Shown here: piece by piece, positions 1 through 11,593 of the stretch | How the letters are laid out: each line of letters begins with the position of its first letter | How positions within the stretch are numbered: position 1 is the stretch's first letter | Assembly: GCA_963696385.1 (NCBI GenBank) | Contig: CAVOKF010000008.1 | Coordinates: 672,001-736,000 of the forward strand | Length of the DNA stretch: 64,000 nt | Reading direction: 5' to 3' | From: an uncultured delta proteobacterium | GTDB taxonomy: Bacteria > Myxococcota_A > Polyangia > Polyangiales > Polyangiaceae | Notes under the pieces: generated by a model | Seen by the model: only the letters and a program-made list of their open reading frames with translations | What the model was told of the DNA's origin: nothing | Database searches by the model: none | Position numbers and translations under genes: made by a program

Positions 1-352
1 TGGTGATGTAATCGACCGCGCCGAGGTCGAGTCCCCGAGCCTCGCTGCCCGCGTCCGACAGTGTCGTGACGAAGATGACCGGGATCTTGGCGGTGGCCGG
101 GTTGGCCTTCAGCCGCCGGCAGACTTCGTGGCCATCCATCTCGGGCATCATGACGTCGAGCAAGATCAAGTCCGGAGGCGAGGCCTGCGCGAGCTCGAGC
201 CCGACCGCTCCGCGAATCGCCGCCCGCACCTGGTAGTCGGCGCCGAGCACGCCGCGAAGGACATCGATGCTCTCCGGCGCGTCGTCGATGATGAGCACGA
301 CCGGGCCCGGATCGTCGGTCGGCGTCAGGATGGCTTTGCCGGAGGGCATCAT
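1..352 (-). CDS. Response regulator, N-terminal receiver domain (partial, runs off window start)
   Basis: Manual translation from ATG at 352: MMPSGK...VVLIIDDAPESIDVL...PDLILLDVMMPEMDGHEVCRRLKANPATAKIPVIFVTT...GAVDYIT; typical REC motifs; directly downstream of the hybrid kinase. Confidence 0.88.
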   Translation of the reverse strand, partial: MMPSGKAILTPTDDPGPVVLIIDDAPESIDVLRGVLGADYQVRAAIRGAVGLELAQASPPDLILLDVMMPEMDGHEVCRRLKANPATAKIPVIFVTTLSDAGSEARGLDLGAVDYIT

Positions 353-356
353 GAGT

Positions 357-3300
357 TCACCCGAGGGGAGCGGGGGGGACGGACGGGGGGATGTCGGAGT
401 CGGTGCGCGGGGGAAACAGCGTGGCCACCGCGCGAAGTTCGCGCCCGGCCTGTTCGAAATCGTAGGCGTAGAGGCTCGTCTCGAGCCGCTGCATGGGCTC
501 GATCGCGCTCGACCGATCCGCCAGCGCGTCGCGCAGCGTCTCCAGGCATTCGATCGCGGCGGTGTCGTGCGCAGAAAGCAGCTTGTCGAGCCGCTCGACG
601 ATGCCGGCGACGTGCCGCGAGCTCTCGCGCTCGGGAGCCGGTCGCTCCGCAACGGGCGTCTCGAGGACACTCGCCACCGACGCCACGATCGCCGCATGCG
701 CGAGATCGAACTGCGCGAGGGCATCCGCCCACGGACCGGCGACCGAGTCCGCGAGCGACGCGGCTGCCATGGGCCGCCGCAGCTCCACGTCGAGCGTCTG
801 GGCGGCGCGGTAGAGCCGGATCGCCCCGATGTTGGCCGCCGCCGCAGCGAGAGTGTGCGCGAGCATCGCGGCGGCGCGGACGTCGGCCCGATCGAGCGCG
901 CCGCGTAGGTCGGCCGGGGTCGTCGCATGGTTGACGAGGAATCGATCGAGCAGCCTGCGGTACACGTCGGCGCGCCCGCCCAGACGCCCGAGAGCGAGCT
1001 CGATCTCGAGTTCGCCGTGGGGCGCGTGCAGGACCGGCGTCTCGCCGGGCGCCGTGCCCGAACCGTTGCGCCCGACCGCGCGGCGCGGCATCGGCGTGGT
1101 GCGCACCGGAGGCCTGTCGGAGTCGCGCGGATCGATCGCCAGGATGCAACCGGCGACGATGGCGAGCAGGCGGCGGGGATCGACCGGCACGGTGACGAAG
1201 TCGTTCATGCCGGCCGCGAAGCAGAGGTCGCGATCTTCGGCTCGGCCGCTCGCGGTCAGGCCGATGATCGGGACCTGGGCCGACCGGGGGAATGCCCGAA
1301 TCGTGCGCGTGGCGGCAAGCCCGTCGACATGAGGCATGTGCAGATCCATCAGGATCGCGTCGTAGCGGCCCTGGGCGACCGATTCGACCGCTTTTTGCCC
1401 ATCGACGGCGATGTCGACGACGGCCCCCGCACGCTCGAGCAGCAAGCGTACGACCTCGAGACTCACTTCGCTGTCCTGAGCCACCAGAATGCGACGCCCG
1501 TCGAGCCGCGCGTCGTCGGCGTCGTCGGCGTCGTCTTGCCCGGGCGGCTGGGAGTTCGCCGTGAGCCGCAGCGCGCGCCGCATGGCCGACAGGACACTCG
1601 CGCCGTGGAACGGCTTGGTGAGCGCGCCGGTCACGCCGTGGCGCCAGAGCCGGTCCACCGACAGGTACGCGGCGTGCACGGGACCCATGGCGACGAGCGC
1701 CGGAGGCGCGATGTCGGTCGTACGCCCGATGCGTTCGAGCAATTCGAGGCCGTTGCCGTCGGGCAGCCCGTAATCGGCCAGCACGACGTCGAACGGGGCA
1801 ATGAGCCGAGCGGCGTGCAGCTCGCGCATCGCATCGGCGGCCGTGCCCACGACCCATACGTCGAAGCGCAGCGCTTCGAGGCGCCGCTTGAGAGCGCGTG
1901 CCTGCGCTTCGTTGTCCTCGACGACCAGCACCCGTACGCCGGCCCCCTCGCCGGTCGGCGCGGCGGCCGCACCGTGGCCGAAATGGGCGACGAAGATGAA
2001 CGTGCTGCCGCGGCCCGGCGAGCTTTCGGCCCGAATGCTGCCGCCCATCATGTCGACCAGGCTCTTGGAGATCGCCAGCCCGAGGCCGGTGCCGCCGTAG
2101 CGCCGCGTCGTGGAGCTATCGGCCTGCGTAAACGGCCGGAACATACGGGCGAGCTCTTCGGGGGCCATGCCGATGCCCGTGTCCGACACCGAGAAGCGCA
2201 GCGTGCAGCCGGACGGCGCTTCCGAAGCCACGGGCTCGATCCGAAGCACGACATGGCCGCTCGGCGAGAACTTGATGGCGTTGCCCACGAGGTTGATGAG
2301 CACCTGGCCGAGCCGCAACGGGTCGCCGAGCAGCGTGGCGGGCGTGTCGGCGTCGACGTCGATGACCAACTCGATTCCCTTGTTCGCGGCCGACAGGCCG
2401 CAGGTGCCGATGAGCTGATCGAGCACCTCGTCGAGATCGAACTTCACGGCCTCCAAGTCGAGCTTTCTCGCCTCGATCTTCGAGAAGTCGAGAATGTCGT
2501 CCACGATGGCGAGCAGCGCTCGCGACGCGTTTCGCGCGCGCTTGAGGTGGTTGCGCTGGTCGCGGTCGAGTTGGGTGCGCAAGCACAGGTCGAGGTGACC
2601 GGTGACCGCGGTCAGAGGCGTACGCACTTCGTGCGACATCATCGCGACGAATTCGCTCTTGGCAACACTCGCCTTCTCGGCGAGTTCGCGCGCACCGCGC
2701 AGCTCTTCCGCGGTGAGCATCGAATAGATGGCGCTGCTCAGGTGACCGGCGACGCCTTCGAGCAGCCAGGCGTTTTCGAACTCCTGCGGGGCGTCGAAGA
2801 CGGCGTAGCCCAACGCGGCGTCGGCGAACACCAGGGGGAATACGAGCAAGTCGCGCACCCCGGCACGAGGCGCCGCGTGCGGCGGGAAAAGCTCGGTCGC
2901 CCGGAAGACGTGCGGCTCTTCGCCGCGCATCGACGGCGGGCTCGGCGGCATCGACGTCGGCAGCGTCCGCCAGATCTGCGCGTCGTTGTAGACCATCTCG
3001 GTCGTGGCGCGCGCCGTCGACGCGTAGTGCGCCACGACTTTGGCCATCTGCCGATCGGCTCCCGGCACGAACAGACACACGCAGCAGTACCGGACGCCGA
3101 GCCCCGACAGCCCCGCGTTGAGGACGTTGCCGAGCCCGCGCATGCTGCGCGAACACACGAGCGTGCTGCCGAGCACACGCATCGCATTCGCCTGCTGCAG
3201 AACGTGCATGCGGCTGAGGGCCTGGGTGCGGGCCGCCACCTCGTTGACCACGAGCTGGGCCCGGGCCATTCGCCGGCGATGCAAGTGGCCCTCCTCGGTG

Positions 3301-4481
3301 TTGGTCTCGGCAAACCGTTCGACCGCTTCGGCGAACGGCGCGACCACATCCTCCCAGCGCAGCGGATCGGCCCCTCGGTCGGCCAATCGCAGGATCGCTT
3401 GCTCGAACGCCATGAGGGCGGTCCGCTCGTGGGCGCCGAGCGGCGACAGAAGCGCCCGCATCAGCGCGTCGATCCCGCTCGCGTCGGGCCGGGGCCCCAG
3501 CATCTTTTCGAGGCGCGCGAGCGCCACCGGCTCGGCGTGATTGAGCGCCATCGCGAGCGTACTGGGCGGGTCGATCGGGGGCAGCGATCGAGCGCGCCGC
3601 ATGCGGCAGCCGCACGACGACCGGATGCGCGGCTCCGAGGCGAACACGGTTCGGTCGGGGATCGCCCGGCCGGCCAGCTGCTCGAGCAGCAACTCGACCG
3701 CTCGCTCGCCGAGTCGCTCGACCGGCTGGTAGACGGTGGTGAGCGGCGGACTGCAATTGCGCGCGAACTCGTCGTCGTCGAATCCGACGACCGCGACGTC
3801 GCCCGGCACGCGGATGCGGCGAAGCGCAAGCTCCTGCACGGCGCCCACCGCCATCTGGTCGTTGCCGCAGACGATCGCATCGATCGCCGCAGGGGAAATG
3901 CGCCGCTCGTCGAGCAGCAGTCGGACCGCGCTCGATCCGGACGGTTCCATGAAGTCGCCCGGCAGGATGAGCTCCTCGCTCACCGGCACGCCCAGCCGGT
4001 AGAGGACTTCCCGGAAGACCCGCTCTCGGCTCGAACTATCGGGGTTGCCGGTGTTGCCGCGGACGAACCCGATGCGCCGCAAGCCATGATCGGTCACCAG
4101 GTGCTCGACCACCGCGCGCAGTCCGTTGGAGGCATCGACGTCCAGGTGCGGGAAGCCTGGCAGCTCGCCGATGCTCACGACGGGAACACCGCTGCGCGTC
4201 GAGAAGGCGCGAACCGCGTCGGCTCCGATCGCCGTCGACAGGATGTTCGACACGACCACCAGCCCGTCGACGGCCGGGGCCGCGGCCAGACCGAAGAGAA
4301 ACGACCCGTCGAAGCTCGCCGTTTCGGAGCCCTCAATCCGCAGAAACCGTCCCTGAAATCCGATGACGTGAGCACCCCGCAGTCGGGCGCTCCGCATCGC
4401 TCCCGTAAAGAGGCGCACCTGGTAGCGCGCGAGCAGGGTGTCGACCAGAAGTCCTAAACGAATGGGTTCGTTCACGTGCAC
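357..4481 (-). CDS. Hybrid sensor histidine kinase: LacI/periplasmic-sugar-binding-type N-domain + HisKA + HATPase + 2 REC + HPt
   Basis: N-term [31 protein letters not shown] (LacI-type ligand domain); H-box [14 protein letters not shown]-box [10 protein letters not shown] boxes DTGIG and GGTGLGL; two receivers; HPt AHTL. Confidence 0.93.
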   Translation of the reverse strand: MHVNEPIRLGLLVDTLLARYQVRLFTGAMRSARLRGAHVIGFQGRFLRIEGSETASFDGSFLFGLAAAPAVDGLVVVSNILSTAIGADAVRAFSTRSGVPVVSIGELPGFPHLDVDASNGLRAVVEHLVTDHGLRRIGFVRGNTGNPDSSSRERVFREVLYRLGVPVSEELILPGDFMEPSGSSAVRLLLDERRISPAAIDAIVCGNDQMAVGAVQELALRRIRVPGDVAVVGFDDDEFARNCSPPLTTVYQPVERLGERAVELLLEQLAGRAIPDRTVFASEPRIRSSCGCRMRRARSLPPIDPPSTLAMALNHAEPVALARLEKMLGPRPDASGIDALMRALLSPLGAHERTALMAFEQAILRLADRGADPLRWEDVVAPFAEAVERFAETNTEEGHLHRRRMARAQLVVNEVAARTQALSRMHVLQQANAMRVLGSTLVCSRSMRGLGNVLNAGLSGLGVRYCCVCLFVPGADRQMAKVVAHYASTARATTEMVYNDAQIWRTLPTSMPPSPPSMRGEEPHVFRATELFPPHAAPRAGVRDLLVFPLVFADAALGYAVFDAPQEFENAWLLEGVAGHLSSAIYSMLTAEELRGARELAEKASVAKSEFVAMMSHEVRTPLTAVTGHLDLCLRTQLDRDQRNHLKRARNASRALLAIVDDILDFSKIEARKLDLEAVKFDLDEVLDQLIGTCGLSAANKGIELVIDVDADTPATLLGDPLRLGQVLINLVGNAIKFSPSGHVVLRIEPVASEAPSGCTLRFSVSDTGIGMAPEELARMFRPFTQADSSTTRRYGGTGLGLAISKSLVDMMGGSIRAESSPGRGSTFIFVAHFGHGAAAAPTGEGAGVRVLVVEDNEAQARALKRRLEALRFDVWVVGTAADAMRELHAARLIAPFDVVLADYGLPDGNGLELLERIGRTTDIAPPALVAMGPVHAAYLSVDRLWRHGVTGALTKPFHGASVLSAMRRALRLTANSQPPGQDDADDADDARLDGRRILVAQDSEVSLEVVRLLLERAGAVVDIAVDGQKAVESVAQGRYDAILMDLHMPHVDGLAATRTIRAFPRSAQVPIIGLTASGRAEDRDLCFAAGMNDFVTVPVDPRRLLAIVAGCILAIDPRDSDRPPVRTTPMPRRAVGRNGSGTAPGETPVLHAPHGELEIELALGRLGGRADVYRRLLDRFLVNHATTPADLRGALDRADVRAAAMLAHTLAAAAANIGAIRLYRAAQTLDVELRRPMAAASLADSVAGPWADALAQFDLAHAAIVASVASVLETPVAERPAPERESSRHVAGIVERLDKLLSAHDTAAIECLETLRDALADRSSAIEPMQRLETSLYAYDFEQAGRELRAVATLFPPRTDSDIPPSVPPAPLG

Positions 4482-4591
4482 GCTCAGCGGGGACTGCCAG
4501 TGGGGACTCCAGCCCGCTCCGGATCCATACGGTCCGACGGGCTCGAAGATTTAGCGCCGGAGCGTAGGGGAGGGCGCAGGCGACATCCGCC

Positions 4592-6079
4592 CTAGATGTG
4601 GTGATGGCGGACCCGCGCCGGATGCCGAGTCTTGGCGGGCGGGTGCACCTTGGAGGGCGCGGGGTGCGCCGCGGTGACGGCCGCGCTGGCGGGATGACCG
4701 GCGTCGGAAACGGTCAGAGCGCTGACTTGGGCGTCCGGATCGTCTTCGCCGTCGTCGGACTCCGCGGACGACGACGGCTCGTCGAAGGTCGGCAGCGGCA
4801 CGTCCGGGATCGACGAGGCGACGGCAGAGGAGACGGCGCCGACGGCGGACGTGACGGCGCCGGCGGCCGACGTGACGCGGTGGGTGGCGCCGGCGATGTC
4901 GCCGCTCAGGCGAGGGACGCTCACGCGACCCGTACCGATCGCCACGCCGATGGCGCCGATGACACCCAGAACGACCAGCAGGACCGCGGCGCCTCCCGCC
5001 CCGCGGACGCGCCGATCCTTGCCCCAGGCCGCGGCCGTCCGGGTGGACTCGGCGGTCGCCAGAGGCAGCACCGGCAGAGAGATCTTGGCGGAGACCGGAT
5101 CGGCGCGCGACCGGGGCGATCCCACGACGGCTTCGAGCCGTTCGAGCGACGGCTTGGCGCGATCGGGAGCGAAGCGCGCCAGAACGTGGGCCAGATCCAC
5201 GAGCGAGATCCGTTTGGCCGCGTTCTTCTCGAGGCACCCCTGGACCGCTCGATCGAGATCCCGGGGCACGCCCTCGCGGTAGATCGACAGCGGACGGGGA
5301 TCCTCCGACGCGATCATGGCGCAGACCTGGGGAACGCTCTCGGCTCGGAAGGCGGGCTTGCCCGCGATCGCCTCGTACAAGACGGTGCCGAGCGACCAGA
5401 TGTCGGCCCGCGAGTCGACTTCCTTGGTCGACTTCAGCTGCTCGGGCGACATGTACGACGGCGAGCCCATGATCATGGTGGTCGACGTGAGAGCCGGGTC
5501 GACCCCGCCCTCGTCGGGGCCGAGGGTGAGCTTTGAAATTCCGAAATCGAGAAGCTTGACCGACGGCGCGCCGTCGGCCCGCCGCGTGATGAACAGATTC
5601 GATGGTTTGAGGTCGCGGTGAACGATGCCCGCGGCGTGGACTTCGCTCAACGCCTCGCAGGCTTGAAGGGTGATTTCGCAAGCCTCGTCGATGGGCAACG
5701 CGCCGGCTTCGGCGATGAGGTCGCCGAGATCGGATCCGACGAGGTACTCCATCACGATGTAGGGCACCCCGCCCTCGAGGGTCCCGACGTCGTGGACGCG
5801 AGCCACGTGGTCGTTGCGAATTTTGGCCGCCACGCGCGCCTCGCGAAGAAAGCGCTCGACGGCGATCTTGCTGCGCAGCGCTTCCGGCAAGAGAAACTTG
5901 ATGGCCACCGGTTGATCGAGGGCCATATGGGTCGCGAGCACGACGACGCCCATGCCGCCTTCGCCGAGTACGCGCTCGATACGGTACTTGTCGGCGACGA
6001 CGGCACCGGCGACGGGCTCGAAGCGACCCGCCGCCTCGGGCGGCGGCCCGATGCCCTCTCGCTTGGTCAGCGGCTGCAC
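4592..6079 (-). CDS. Membrane-anchored Ser/Thr protein kinase
   Basis: LGEGGMGVV, VAIK, HRDLKPSN, LLDFGISK, GSPSYMSPEQ, ADIWSLG; TM segment AAVLLVVLGVIGAIGVAIG. Confidence 0.93.
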   Translation of the reverse strand: MQPLTKREGIGPPPEAAGRFEPVAGAVVADKYRIERVLGEGGMGVVVLATHMALDQPVAIKFLLPEALRSKIAVERFLREARVAAKIRNDHVARVHDVGTLEGGVPYIVMEYLVGSDLGDLIAEAGALPIDEACEITLQACEALSEVHAAGIVHRDLKPSNLFITRRADGAPSVKLLDFGISKLTLGPDEGGVDPALTSTTMIMGSPSYMSPEQLKSTKEVDSRADIWSLGTVLYEAIAGKPAFRAESVPQVCAMIASEDPRPLSIYREGVPRDLDRAVQGCLEKNAAKRISLVDLAHVLARFAPDRAKPSLERLEAVVGSPRSRADPVSAKISLPVLPLATAESTRTAAAWGKDRRVRGAGGAAVLLVVLGVIGAIGVAIGTGRVSVPRLSGDIAGATHRVTSAAGAVTSAVGAVSSAVASSIPDVPLPTFDEPSSSAESDDGEDDPDAQVSALTVSDAGHPASAAVTAAHPAPSKVHPPAKTRHPARVRHHHI

Positions 6080-6126
6080 GCCGTTACGTTAACACGTCGC
6101 GTCGCCGTCCCGGCCCCGGCGACGAC

Positions 6127-8124
6127 TCACGTCTCCTCGTCGGCCCGAAGCTTGGCCAGCACACTCAGGTCTTCGAGCGTCGACGTGTCGCCTTTTGGAT
6201 CACCGCCTGCCGCGATCTCCTTCAGCAGCCGACGCATGATTTTGCCGCTGCGGGTCTTGGGCAGCGAGTCGGCGAACCGGATCGTATCGGGGCGGGCAAA
6301 GCGCCCGATTTCCTTGTCGACGTGGGCCTCGAGCGCGGCCCGCAGATCGCGACCCACGGCTCGGCCGGCCTTGACGGTCACGAAGACGACGAGCGCCTGA
6401 CCTTTGATGTCATCGGGCCGGCCCACGGCCGCGGCCTCGGCGACGGCGGGGTGACTGACGAGCGCGCTTTCAATCTCCGCGGTGCCAATCCGATGTCCGG
6501 CCACGTTGAGGACGTCGTCGATTCGACCGACGACCCAGAAGTAGCCGTCCTCGTCGCGCCGCGCTCCGTCGCCGGTGAAGTACACGCCGGCAATGACGTC
6601 CCAGTACGTTTTGAAGTAGCGCGCGTCGTCGCCCCAGAGTGTCCGAGCCATCGACGGCCACGGCGCGCGGATGACGAGTTTGCCGCCTTCGAGCGCCGTG
6701 CAGGGTTCGCCGTGATCTTTGACGACGGCGATGTCGACGCCGAAAAACGGCACTCCCGTGCTGCCCGGCTTGGAGTACATCGCGCCCGGCAGGGTGGTCA
6801 GCATGATGGCGCCGGTCTCGGTCTGCCACCACGTGTCGACCACAGGGCAGCGCTGCCCTCCGACGACACGGTGGTACCAGGTCCAGGCCTCGGGGTTGAT
6901 GGGCTCTCCCACGCTGCCCAAAAGGCGCAAACTCGACAGGTCCGACTGGTTGGGCCACGCGTCGCCGGCCCGGATGAAGCTGCGGATGGCGGTCGGCGCC
7001 GTGTAGAGAATCGACACGCCGTGACGCTCGATCATCTGCCAGAGACGCCCCCAATCGGGGAAATTGGGCGCCCCCTCGTAGACCAGACACGTCGCGCCGC
7101 AGGACAGAGGCCCGTACACGATGTAGCTGTGTCCGGTCACCCAGCCGATGTCGGCGGTGCAAAAGTAGACGTCCTCGTCTCGCAGATCGAAGACGTACTT
7201 GGCCGTCAGATGGACCGCCGCGAGATAGCCGGCGCTCGTGTGGAGGACCCCTTTCGGCTTGCCCGTCGAACCGGAGGTGTAAAGGATGAAGAGCGGGTGC
7301 TCCGCGTCGAAGGCTTCGGGCCTTGCGGCGCGTTCGATCGACCCGGCGCTCGGTCGACCGCCGACCCGATCGTGCCACCATTCGTCGCGCCCGGGCTTCA
7401 TGGCGACCGGCTTTCCGGCGCGCCGGACGACCAAGACGTGGCGGACGCCCGGGGTCTCCTCGAGCGCGGCGTCGGCCATGTCTTTGAGCGGGATGACGTT
7501 GCCGCGCCGCCAGGCGCCGTCTTGGGTGATGAGAACCTGGGCGCCGCAGTCGTTGATCCGGTCGCGGAGCGCCTCGGCGCTGAACCCTCCGAAGACGACC
7601 GAATGGGTCGCGCCGATCCGAGCGCACGCCAGGATGGCCACGATCGCTTCGGGCACCATGCCCATGTAGATCGCCACCCGATCGGCCGGACGCACGCCGA
7701 GATCGAGCAGGGCCGCGGCGGCTTGGACCACCGCGCGATGAAGCTCGAAGTAGGTCATCGTCCGCACATCGCCCGGCTCGCCCTCCCAGACGATCGCGGC
7801 CTTGTTCTTGCGCCACGTGGCGATGTGCCGGTCGAGGCAACTCTCGGAGACGTTCAGCTTCGCGCCGACGAAGAACTTCGCATGCGCCGATCCGGCGACC
7901 GACGGCGTGCTCGGCTGCAGGTGCCACTCGGAAAACGCCGTCCACGGCTCTCGCCACACGAGGTCGGATGTTTGCTCGCGCCAAAACACCTCGGGCTCTT
8001 CGATCGATTGCCGGTGCATCGCGGCATAGACATGATGCGACGAGATGCGGGCCCGCGCGGCGAAGGCGGGACTCGGGTGAAATCGGCGTTCTTCTTTGAG
8101 GCGCGACTCGATGCGGTCCGACAT
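6127..8124 (-). CDS. acs: Acetyl-CoA synthetase (acetate-CoA ligase)
   Basis: [14 protein letters not shown]-binding motif, [22 protein letters not shown]; start placed at MSDRIES (8124). Confidence 0.95.
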   Translation of the reverse strand: MSDRIESRLKEERRFHPSPAFAARARISSHHVYAAMHRQSIEEPEVFWREQTSDLVWREPWTAFSEWHLQPSTPSVAGSAHAKFFVGAKLNVSESCLDRHIATWRKNKAAIVWEGEPGDVRTMTYFELHRAVVQAAAALLDLGVRPADRVAIYMGMVPEAIVAILACARIGATHSVVFGGFSAEALRDRINDCGAQVLITQDGAWRRGNVIPLKDMADAALEETPGVRHVLVVRRAGKPVAMKPGRDEWWHDRVGGRPSAGSIERAARPEAFDAEHPLFILYTSGSTGKPKGVLHTSAGYLAAVHLTAKYVFDLRDEDVYFCTADIGWVTGHSYIVYGPLSCGATCLVYEGAPNFPDWGRLWQMIERHGVSILYTAPTAIRSFIRAGDAWPNQSDLSSLRLLGSVGEPINPEAWTWYHRVVGGQRCPVVDTWWQTETGAIMLTTLPGAMYSKPGSTGVPFFGVDIAVVKDHGEPCTALEGGKLVIRAPWPSMARTLWGDDARYFKTYWDVIAGVYFTGDGARRDEDGYFWVVGRIDDVLNVAGHRIGTAEIESALVSHPAVAEAAAVGRPDDIKGQALVVFVTVKAGRAVGRDLRAALEAHVDKEIGRFARPDTIRFADSLPKTRSGKIMRRLLKEIAAGGDPKGDTSTLEDLSVLAKLRADEET

Positions 8125-8276
8125 GGCGGTGATGGTGTGCGCTGCCTGCAAGGTATGCAAGTGTTGCGAAGCGCGGACCTTCTTGCAGCCCCGCGGCGCG
8201 GCGTCGATGCACGCGAGCGCGGCGATTCCGTGCCGCATCCCGTCGCTCGGGTTCGAACGCGAGAAAATTTGCCTCA

Positions 8277-8292
8277 CGGCACGGCCATTGCT
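8277..8292 (+). promoter_or_regulatory. Putative sigma54 (-24/-12) promoter upstream of the large lipoprotein operon
   Basis: CGGCACGGCCATTGCT: GG-N10-GC spacing, close to the YTGGCACGRNNNTTGCW consensus; about 120 nt before ATG 8411. Confidence 0.6.
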
Positions 8293-8410
8293 CAATTTGT
8301 CGGCCAGTCCACCGCATGGCCCCCCACGACTCGGAGCGACGCGCATCCACCGCCGGGTGGCGGTGTACACCCGCCGAGACCGCCGGCCGTCCATGGACGG
8401 ATGACCGTCG

Positions 8411-11400
8411 ATGGCCGCTGACATGAAGCCGAGGGGGATACATCGGCCGCGGCCGAAGCACGCGGCGGCCGCGGGGCTTTTCGGGGGGGTGTGGCTGAGC
8501 CTTGTCGGCTGGGCCGCATCCGGCTGCGGCACCAACGCGACGTCGCCGTTGGACGAAGTCGGTCCGGCCGTCAGCACGCAGCACGAGACGGACGCCTCCG
8601 ACATGTGCCTTTCGCCCGCCGAAGGCTGCGCGTGCACGACGGCCGGCGCGACCGCCCCTTGCGGCAGCGTCACGAACCGGTCGGGCGCCTACGTGACCTG
8701 CTCGATGGGCACCCGGACCTGCTCGGACGGCCTCTGGGGATCGTGCGTCGGCGCGTACATGACCTCGAGATTCATTCCGACCCGCTCCGACATTCGCGTA
8801 GCGAGTCCCATCCCCGCCGTCGCCTGCTCCGGGGATCCGTGCGACCCGACGTGCACGACGTTCGTCGAGACTCCGACGACCATCGATGCCGGCGCCGACT
8901 CGGGCCTGACGATCACCGACGCGGCCGTCACGCTGACCGGCGTTCCGGCGAGCCTGACGGCGTGCAATCAGCTGCAGATCACCCCGAGCACCGACCCCGC
9001 CAAAGATCTGACCGTCACGACGATGGCGCCGAGCCCCAACACCGTGTCGTACACGGCGGCGCTGCTGCCGTCGGGCTGTTATCCGGGAACGCTGTCGGCC
9101 CTGTGGGCCGTCGACAAATACAATCTGGCCGAGATCACCTCGGGTGTGCTCACCCTCGCCGTTCCCATCGCGGGACCCATCACGGTGAGCGCGTACGCGG
9201 GCACGCTGCAAGCCGCCGTCGTCTGCAACGTCACGGTCAACGTCGTCGACACGAGTGCCGCTCCGAGCGGGTACTCGAACACCCAGTTTCCGACCACGAC
9301 GGGCGCCGCCGACAACATCACGATCGTGTACCCCTACGCGGCCACGGTCTTTCCGCTCGGCCTGCCGCCTCCGCTCATCCAGTGGACCAACAACAACAGT
9401 CCGGCGACGACGGCGAGTGCCGTCAAGGTCACCTTGAGCTTTCCGACGACGGGCACGCCGATCTTCAGCTGGTCGGAAATCGTCCCCGAGCTCCAGACCG
9501 CTCCCACGCCGACGCTGGCGGGGCAACCGCGCGCGACGATTCCCCAAAGCGTGTGGAATGCGTTTCAGCAGACCGTCGTCGGCAACAGCGGCACGACCGG
9601 GGGCGACGCGAACTTCGCCATCCAGCGCTACGTAAGCGGCACGCTCCACGGCCAGGTGTCGAGGACCATTCACTTCGCCAACGGCCAGCTCAAGGGCAAT
9701 ATCTTTTACAACTCCTACGGCACCAACCTGGTCCAAAACTTCGGCTCCACCCCCCTCGGGGCGGCGTTCGGAGCCGCCACCCTCGAAGTGCCCGTCAACG
9801 GCACCACGCCCGAAGTGGTCGTCGGCTACACCGACCCGACGCTGTCGGGGGCGGGGTGCCGCGTTTGCCACAGCGCGGCCTCCGGCGGCACCAACCTCCT
9901 GTCGAACTCGTATCTCGAATACGGCACGAGCGGAGGCGGCACCGAGTCGACTTCGTTTCTCTACAATCCGCAGCTCGCGACCCCCGCGCTCATTCAAGGA
10001 TCGCAAACGCTCATCGGAGCGTACGGCGGCGACCTCTTCACGTACGCGGCGCTCGCGCCCAACGGCACCTACCTGTTCACGAGCGCGGCGCCGCTAGGCG
10101 GACTGGTCGTCGCCAACCCGCCCGGACAAGCGAGCGCGCTGTACAGTCTGAGCGGCACGGTGATCGGCAGCAACGTGCCGAGCACGCTCGGGGGGGCGAC
10201 GCCCGCGTTCTCGACCGATGCCGCGCACGTCGCGTTCACCTTTTACTCCGGAAGTGCGACTCCGCTCGCCAACCTCACCGCGGACGGCCGGTCGATCGCG
10301 ATGATGGACTTCGCGGCTCCGTCGACCTTCTCCAACTTTCAAGTGCTCTACACCCCTCCCCTCACCACCGCGAGCTATTCGGATTGGCCCGCGTTCTTGC
10401 CCGCCGGCCAAAACGGCATCGTGTTCGGCAACGAGATCACGACCAACGGACGCGACTGGGCCGGCACGCGGTCGACGTGCGACAGCTCCGGTTCGTGCAA
10501 CAACATCGGCGCCACGTCGAATCTGTGGTGGGTGAGCACGGTGAAGACAGGGACGCCGTCGGCGTTCCAGGCCTCGCCGCTCACCAACTTGAACGGCGGA
10601 ACGTATCTGCCGACCCTTGCGGGTGGCGCCAACTACCACGGAACTCAGGCGCAGAACGGCACGTACTACGAACAAGTCTACAACTACGAGCCGACTGTGC
10701 TGCCCGTCACGATCGGCGGCTATTCGTGGGTCGCGTTCACGTCGCGGCGGCTGTACGGCAACGTGGCGACGATCGACCCGTACTGGAGCGATCCGCGCTA
10801 CCAGGACCTCAGTGTGCAGCCGACGACGAAGAAAATTTGGATCGCGGCCATCTCGCCGAGTCCGACGCCCGGCACGGATCCGAGCTTTCCCGCGTTCTAC
10901 CTGCCCGGTCAGGAGCTTCTGGCGGGCAACTCGCGGGCGTACTTCTCGCTCGCCGCGTGCGAGCAGCCCGGGCCTCTGACATCAGCCAACCTCTGCACGA
11001 GCAACTTGGACTGCTGCGGGGCGACCACCACGCCGGCGACCGCCGTGTGCCAGCTCGACCCCCCTCCGCTCGCCAATCCGCCGACGTCGCACTGCGTGGC
11101 CGTGTCCACGGCCGCTTGCGTCGCCAATGGCGCGAACTGCACGACCGCCGCCCAGTGCTGCAATTTCGCGACGGGCGCCGTGTGTGCCAGCGGGACCTGC
11201 CAGCCGACGCCACCGGTCGACCTGTATTCGAGCGCGACGTTCTCGGCCACGTACACCGCAAGCTGTGCGACCGGGACGTATCCGTCCTGGGAGTTTCTGT
11301 ACTGGGAGAGCGTCACGCCGACCGGAACCTCGATCGTCTTCACGGCCGAGACGTCGACCGACGGAGTCCACTGGGGCGCGGCGGTCAACGTCGGAACGTC

Positions 11401-11593
11401 CGCGCCCCCGCCGACGGCCACGACGACGTGGACGTCCGGGTCGCAAACGGTCAACCAGGCGCTCGTCGCCAACGGGCAGACGTCGCAGGTGTACCTTCAG
11501 GTCTTCGCGACACTCAACCCGAGCTCCGACCACACGCAGACGCCGCAGCTGACGAACTGGCAAGTTCAATACGATTGCGTCGCCTCCGAATGA
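8411..11593 (+). CDS. Large Cys-rich secreted lipoprotein with probable TolB/WD40-like beta-propeller region
   Basis: Lipobox AASG-C; Cys-rich N- and C-terminal modules; propeller-like segments ([46 protein letters not shown]); T/S/G-rich; high GC3. Confidence 0.8.
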   Translation: MAADMKPRGIHRPRPKHAAAAGLFGGVWLSLVGWAASGCGTNATSPLDEVGPAVSTQHETDASDMCLSPAEGCACTTAGATAPCGSVTNRSGAYVTCSMGTRTCSDGLWGSCVGAYMTSRFIPTRSDIRVASPIPAVACSGDPCDPTCTTFVETPTTIDAGADSGLTITDAAVTLTGVPASLTACNQLQITPSTDPAKDLTVTTMAPSPNTVSYTAALLPSGCYPGTLSALWAVDKYNLAEITSGVLTLAVPIAGPITVSAYAGTLQAAVVCNVTVNVVDTSAAPSGYSNTQFPTTTGAADNITIVYPYAATVFPLGLPPPLIQWTNNNSPATTASAVKVTLSFPTTGTPIFSWSEIVPELQTAPTPTLAGQPRATIPQSVWNAFQQTVVGNSGTTGGDANFAIQRYVSGTLHGQVSRTIHFANGQLKGNIFYNSYGTNLVQNFGSTPLGAAFGAATLEVPVNGTTPEVVVGYTDPTLSGAGCRVCHSAASGGTNLLSNSYLEYGTSGGGTESTSFLYNPQLATPALIQGSQTLIGAYGGDLFTYAALAPNGTYLFTSAAPLGGLVVANPPGQASALYSLSGTVIGSNVPSTLGGATPAFSTDAAHVAFTFYSGSATPLANLTADGRSIAMMDFAAPSTFSNFQVLYTPPLTTASYSDWPAFLPAGQNGIVFGNEITTNGRDWAGTRSTCDSSGSCNNIGATSNLWWVSTVKTGTPSAFQASPLTNLNGGTYLPTLAGGANYHGTQAQNGTYYEQVYNYEPTVLPVTIGGYSWVAFTSRRLYGNVATIDPYWSDPRYQDLSVQPTTKKIWIAAISPSPTPGTDPSFPAFYLPGQELLAGNSRAYFSLAACEQPGPLTSANLCTSNLDCCGATTTPATAVCQLDPPPLANPPTSHCVAVSTAACVANGANCTTAAQCCNFATGAVCASGTCQPTPPVDLYSSATFSATYTASCATGTYPSWEFLYWESVTPTGTSIVFTAETSTDGVHWGAAVNVGTSAPPPTATTTWTSGSQTVNQALVANGQTSQVYLQVFATLNPSSDHTQTPQLTNWQVQYDCVASE

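Noticed and set aside
927..4457. Very long antisense or alternate-frame ORFs (also 6470-10006, 8491-11589, 17872-20199, 23158-25620 and others)
   Set aside because: Shadow ORFs of high-GC genes: Arg/Ala/Pro-rich or codon-mirror sequence with no motifs, overlapping well-supported genes
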